34,823 nt of DNA, taken from positions 1-34,823 of the forward strand of contig JAZSLY010000086.1 of NCBI GenBank assembly GCA_045535585.1, read 5' to 3'. How positions within the stretch are numbered: the first letter of the stretch is position 1; each line of letters opens with the position of its first letter. The notes under the pieces are model-generated. The model ran no database searches. It saw only the letters and a list, made by a program, of their open reading frames with translations, and had not been told where the DNA came from. The DNA is from Eubacteriales bacterium (GTDB lineage: Bacteria > Bacillota > Clostridia > Oscillospirales > SIG627). A program made the position numbers and the translations under genes. Shown piece after piece: positions 33,732 to 34,823 of this stretch.

Positions 33732-34214
33732 ATGGCAGAAAAAAACGACGGCGGGGTTAAGGTAATCGCCCCCAATAAAAAGGCGTACCACGACTATTTC
33801 GTGGAGGATAAATATGAAGCGGGAATAGCTCTGTCGGGCACGGAGGTAAAGGCTTTGCGACTCGGTCAGGTGAATCTGAAGGACTCCTGGTGCAACGTGG
33901 TGGACGGAGAAATGTTTGTCTGCGGTATGCACATCAGCCCCTACGAGCAGGGCAATATCTTCAACCGCGACCCCCTGCGTGTCCGCAAGCTTCTGCTTCA
34001 CAAAAAGGAAATTATGAAGCTTTTCGGCCTCGTGGGAAGAGAGGGATATAGCATTATCCCCCTCCAGATATATTTCAAGAGGGGCAAGGTCAAGCTGGAA
34101 ATAGGACTTTGCCGAGGTAAGAAGCTTTACGACAAGCGCGACTCCGCGGCTGAAAAGGATATGCAAAGGCAGAGCATGCGAAATATCAAGCTGTCGGGCA
34201 GACTGGACGACTGA
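33732..34214 (+). CDS. smpB: SsrA-binding protein
   Basis: It has [20 protein letters not shown], and LLLHKKEI. The C-terminal tail is basic. The ATG at 33732 lies about 9 nt after aaggagg. Confidence 0.95.
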   Translation: MAEKNDGGVKVIAPNKKAYHDYFVEDKYEAGIALSGTEVKALRLGQVNLKDSWCNVVDGEMFVCGMHISPYEQGNIFNRDPLRVRKLLLHKKEIMKLFGLVGREGYSIIPLQIYFKRGKVKLEIGLCRGKKLYDKRDSAAEKDMQRQSMRNIKLSGRLDD

Positions 34215-34215
34215 T

Positions 34216-34823
34216 ATGGAAAAGCGTCTTGATAAAATCAACGAAAAAATCAGCATCTATCAATACACCGATGGCTTTGCCTACGGCACCGACGCCGTGC
34301 TCCTTTCCGCCTTCGTCAAGGTGAAAAGCGGAGCGGTGGGGGCAGAGCTTGGTACGGGCACGGGAATTATTCCCATTCTCATAGCCCACCACAAAAAGCC
34401 GTCCAAAATATACGCCTTTGAAATTCAGGAGGACTATGTGTCCCTTGCCCGTGACAACGTGGCGCTGTGCAATATGGCGGACAAAATCGAGATAGTCCAC
34501 GAGAATATCATGGGCATCACCCCCTCCTATATGAGACGCTTCGGCAGGGAGAGCGTGGACTTCGTTTTCACCAACCCTCCATATATGAAGATGACCTCGG
34601 GCGCACTAAACGAAAGCGAAAGAAAGCTGATGGCGCGCCACGAGCTTACCTGCGACATAAGTGGTGTGTGTGAGGGGGCATCAAAGCTTTTGAAAAACGG
34701 CGGAGACTTTTTCGTAGTCTACCGACCCGACCGACTTTGCGACCTTTTTGTTGCAATGAGAGAGAGCGGCATCGAGCCGAAAGAGGTGACCTTCGTTTCC
34801 TCCCGCGAGGGAGAAGCGCCCGT
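34216..34823 (+). CDS. NPPY AdoMet-dependent methyltransferase, tRNA1(Val) (adenine37-N6)-methyltransferase-like (3' end beyond window)
   Basis: This ORF is not in the supplied track because it runs off the window. It begins MEKRLDKINE, has the AdoMet motif ELGTGTGIIP, and has catalytic FTNPPYM. Confidence 0.7.
   Translation, partial: MEKRLDKINEKISIYQYTDGFAYGTDAVLLSAFVKVKSGAVGAELGTGTGIIPILIAHHKKPSKIYAFEIQEDYVSLARDNVALCNMADKIEIVHENIMGITPSYMRRFGRESVDFVFTNPPYMKMTSGALNESERKLMARHELTCDISGVCEGASKLLKNGGDFFVVYRPDRLCDLFVAMRESGIEPKEVTFVSSREGEAP

Noticed and set aside
33677-34823. Expected tmRNA (ssrA) gene next to smpB.
   Set aside because: smpB is followed after 1 nt by a methyltransferase ORF that runs to the window end, and the 55-nt upstream spacer is too short. 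No ssrA is present in this window.

Overview
This 34.8-kb window looks like a Firmicutes/Clostridia-type chromosome: it has a sporulation-type pdaA-like deacetylase, ylmH, and a T-box-controlled cysE-cysS. The backbone is dense housekeeping: ylmH, S41 peptidase, ddl, DUF1385-prmC, recA-recX-rimO, pgsA, M16 peptidase, cysE-cysS, a radical SAM gene, UDG family 4, U32 peptidase-maf, rlmH, rrf2-nifS-nifU-queG-like-nth, smpB, and a partial tRNA/DNA-type NPPY methyltransferase.

Five visibly AT-richer accessory islets interrupt this backbone. Spot counts of single 60-nt lines give about 30% GC in the R-M genes and 37-43% at 19.4-21.9 kb, against about 47-65% in backbone lines.
1. An MboI/DpnII-type M-R-M (GATC-type) restriction-modification cassette, cut by the left window edge.
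2. A roughly 565-bp insert carrying a C-terminally truncated Bro-N gene, bounded by perfect 19-bp direct repeats.
3. A 19.3-21.9 kb islet with an AlbA_2/Schlafen-like plus HATPase_c_4 protein, an XRE repressor, and a divergent double zinc-ribbon membrane protein.
4. A solitary Fic-like gene with a degenerate active-site motif.
5. A solitary RhuM-family gene next to smpB.

I saw no rRNA, tRNA, tmRNA, CRISPR array, transposase or integrase.

Non-coding signals are a canonical Cys T-box leader, a four-copy structured intergenic repeat family of about 75-100 nt (GGCATATCTCGCC...AAAACGGCGAG) with copy-specific compensatory inner stems, AT-rich nested palindromes, and several consensus sigma70-type promoters overlapped by palindromic operator-like sites.

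I could not identify a clear-cut novel multi-gene system. The best candidates are the 19.3-21.9 kb islet and the dispersed structured repeat. All protein calls come from motif recognition by eye on the supplied translations; no database search was run.
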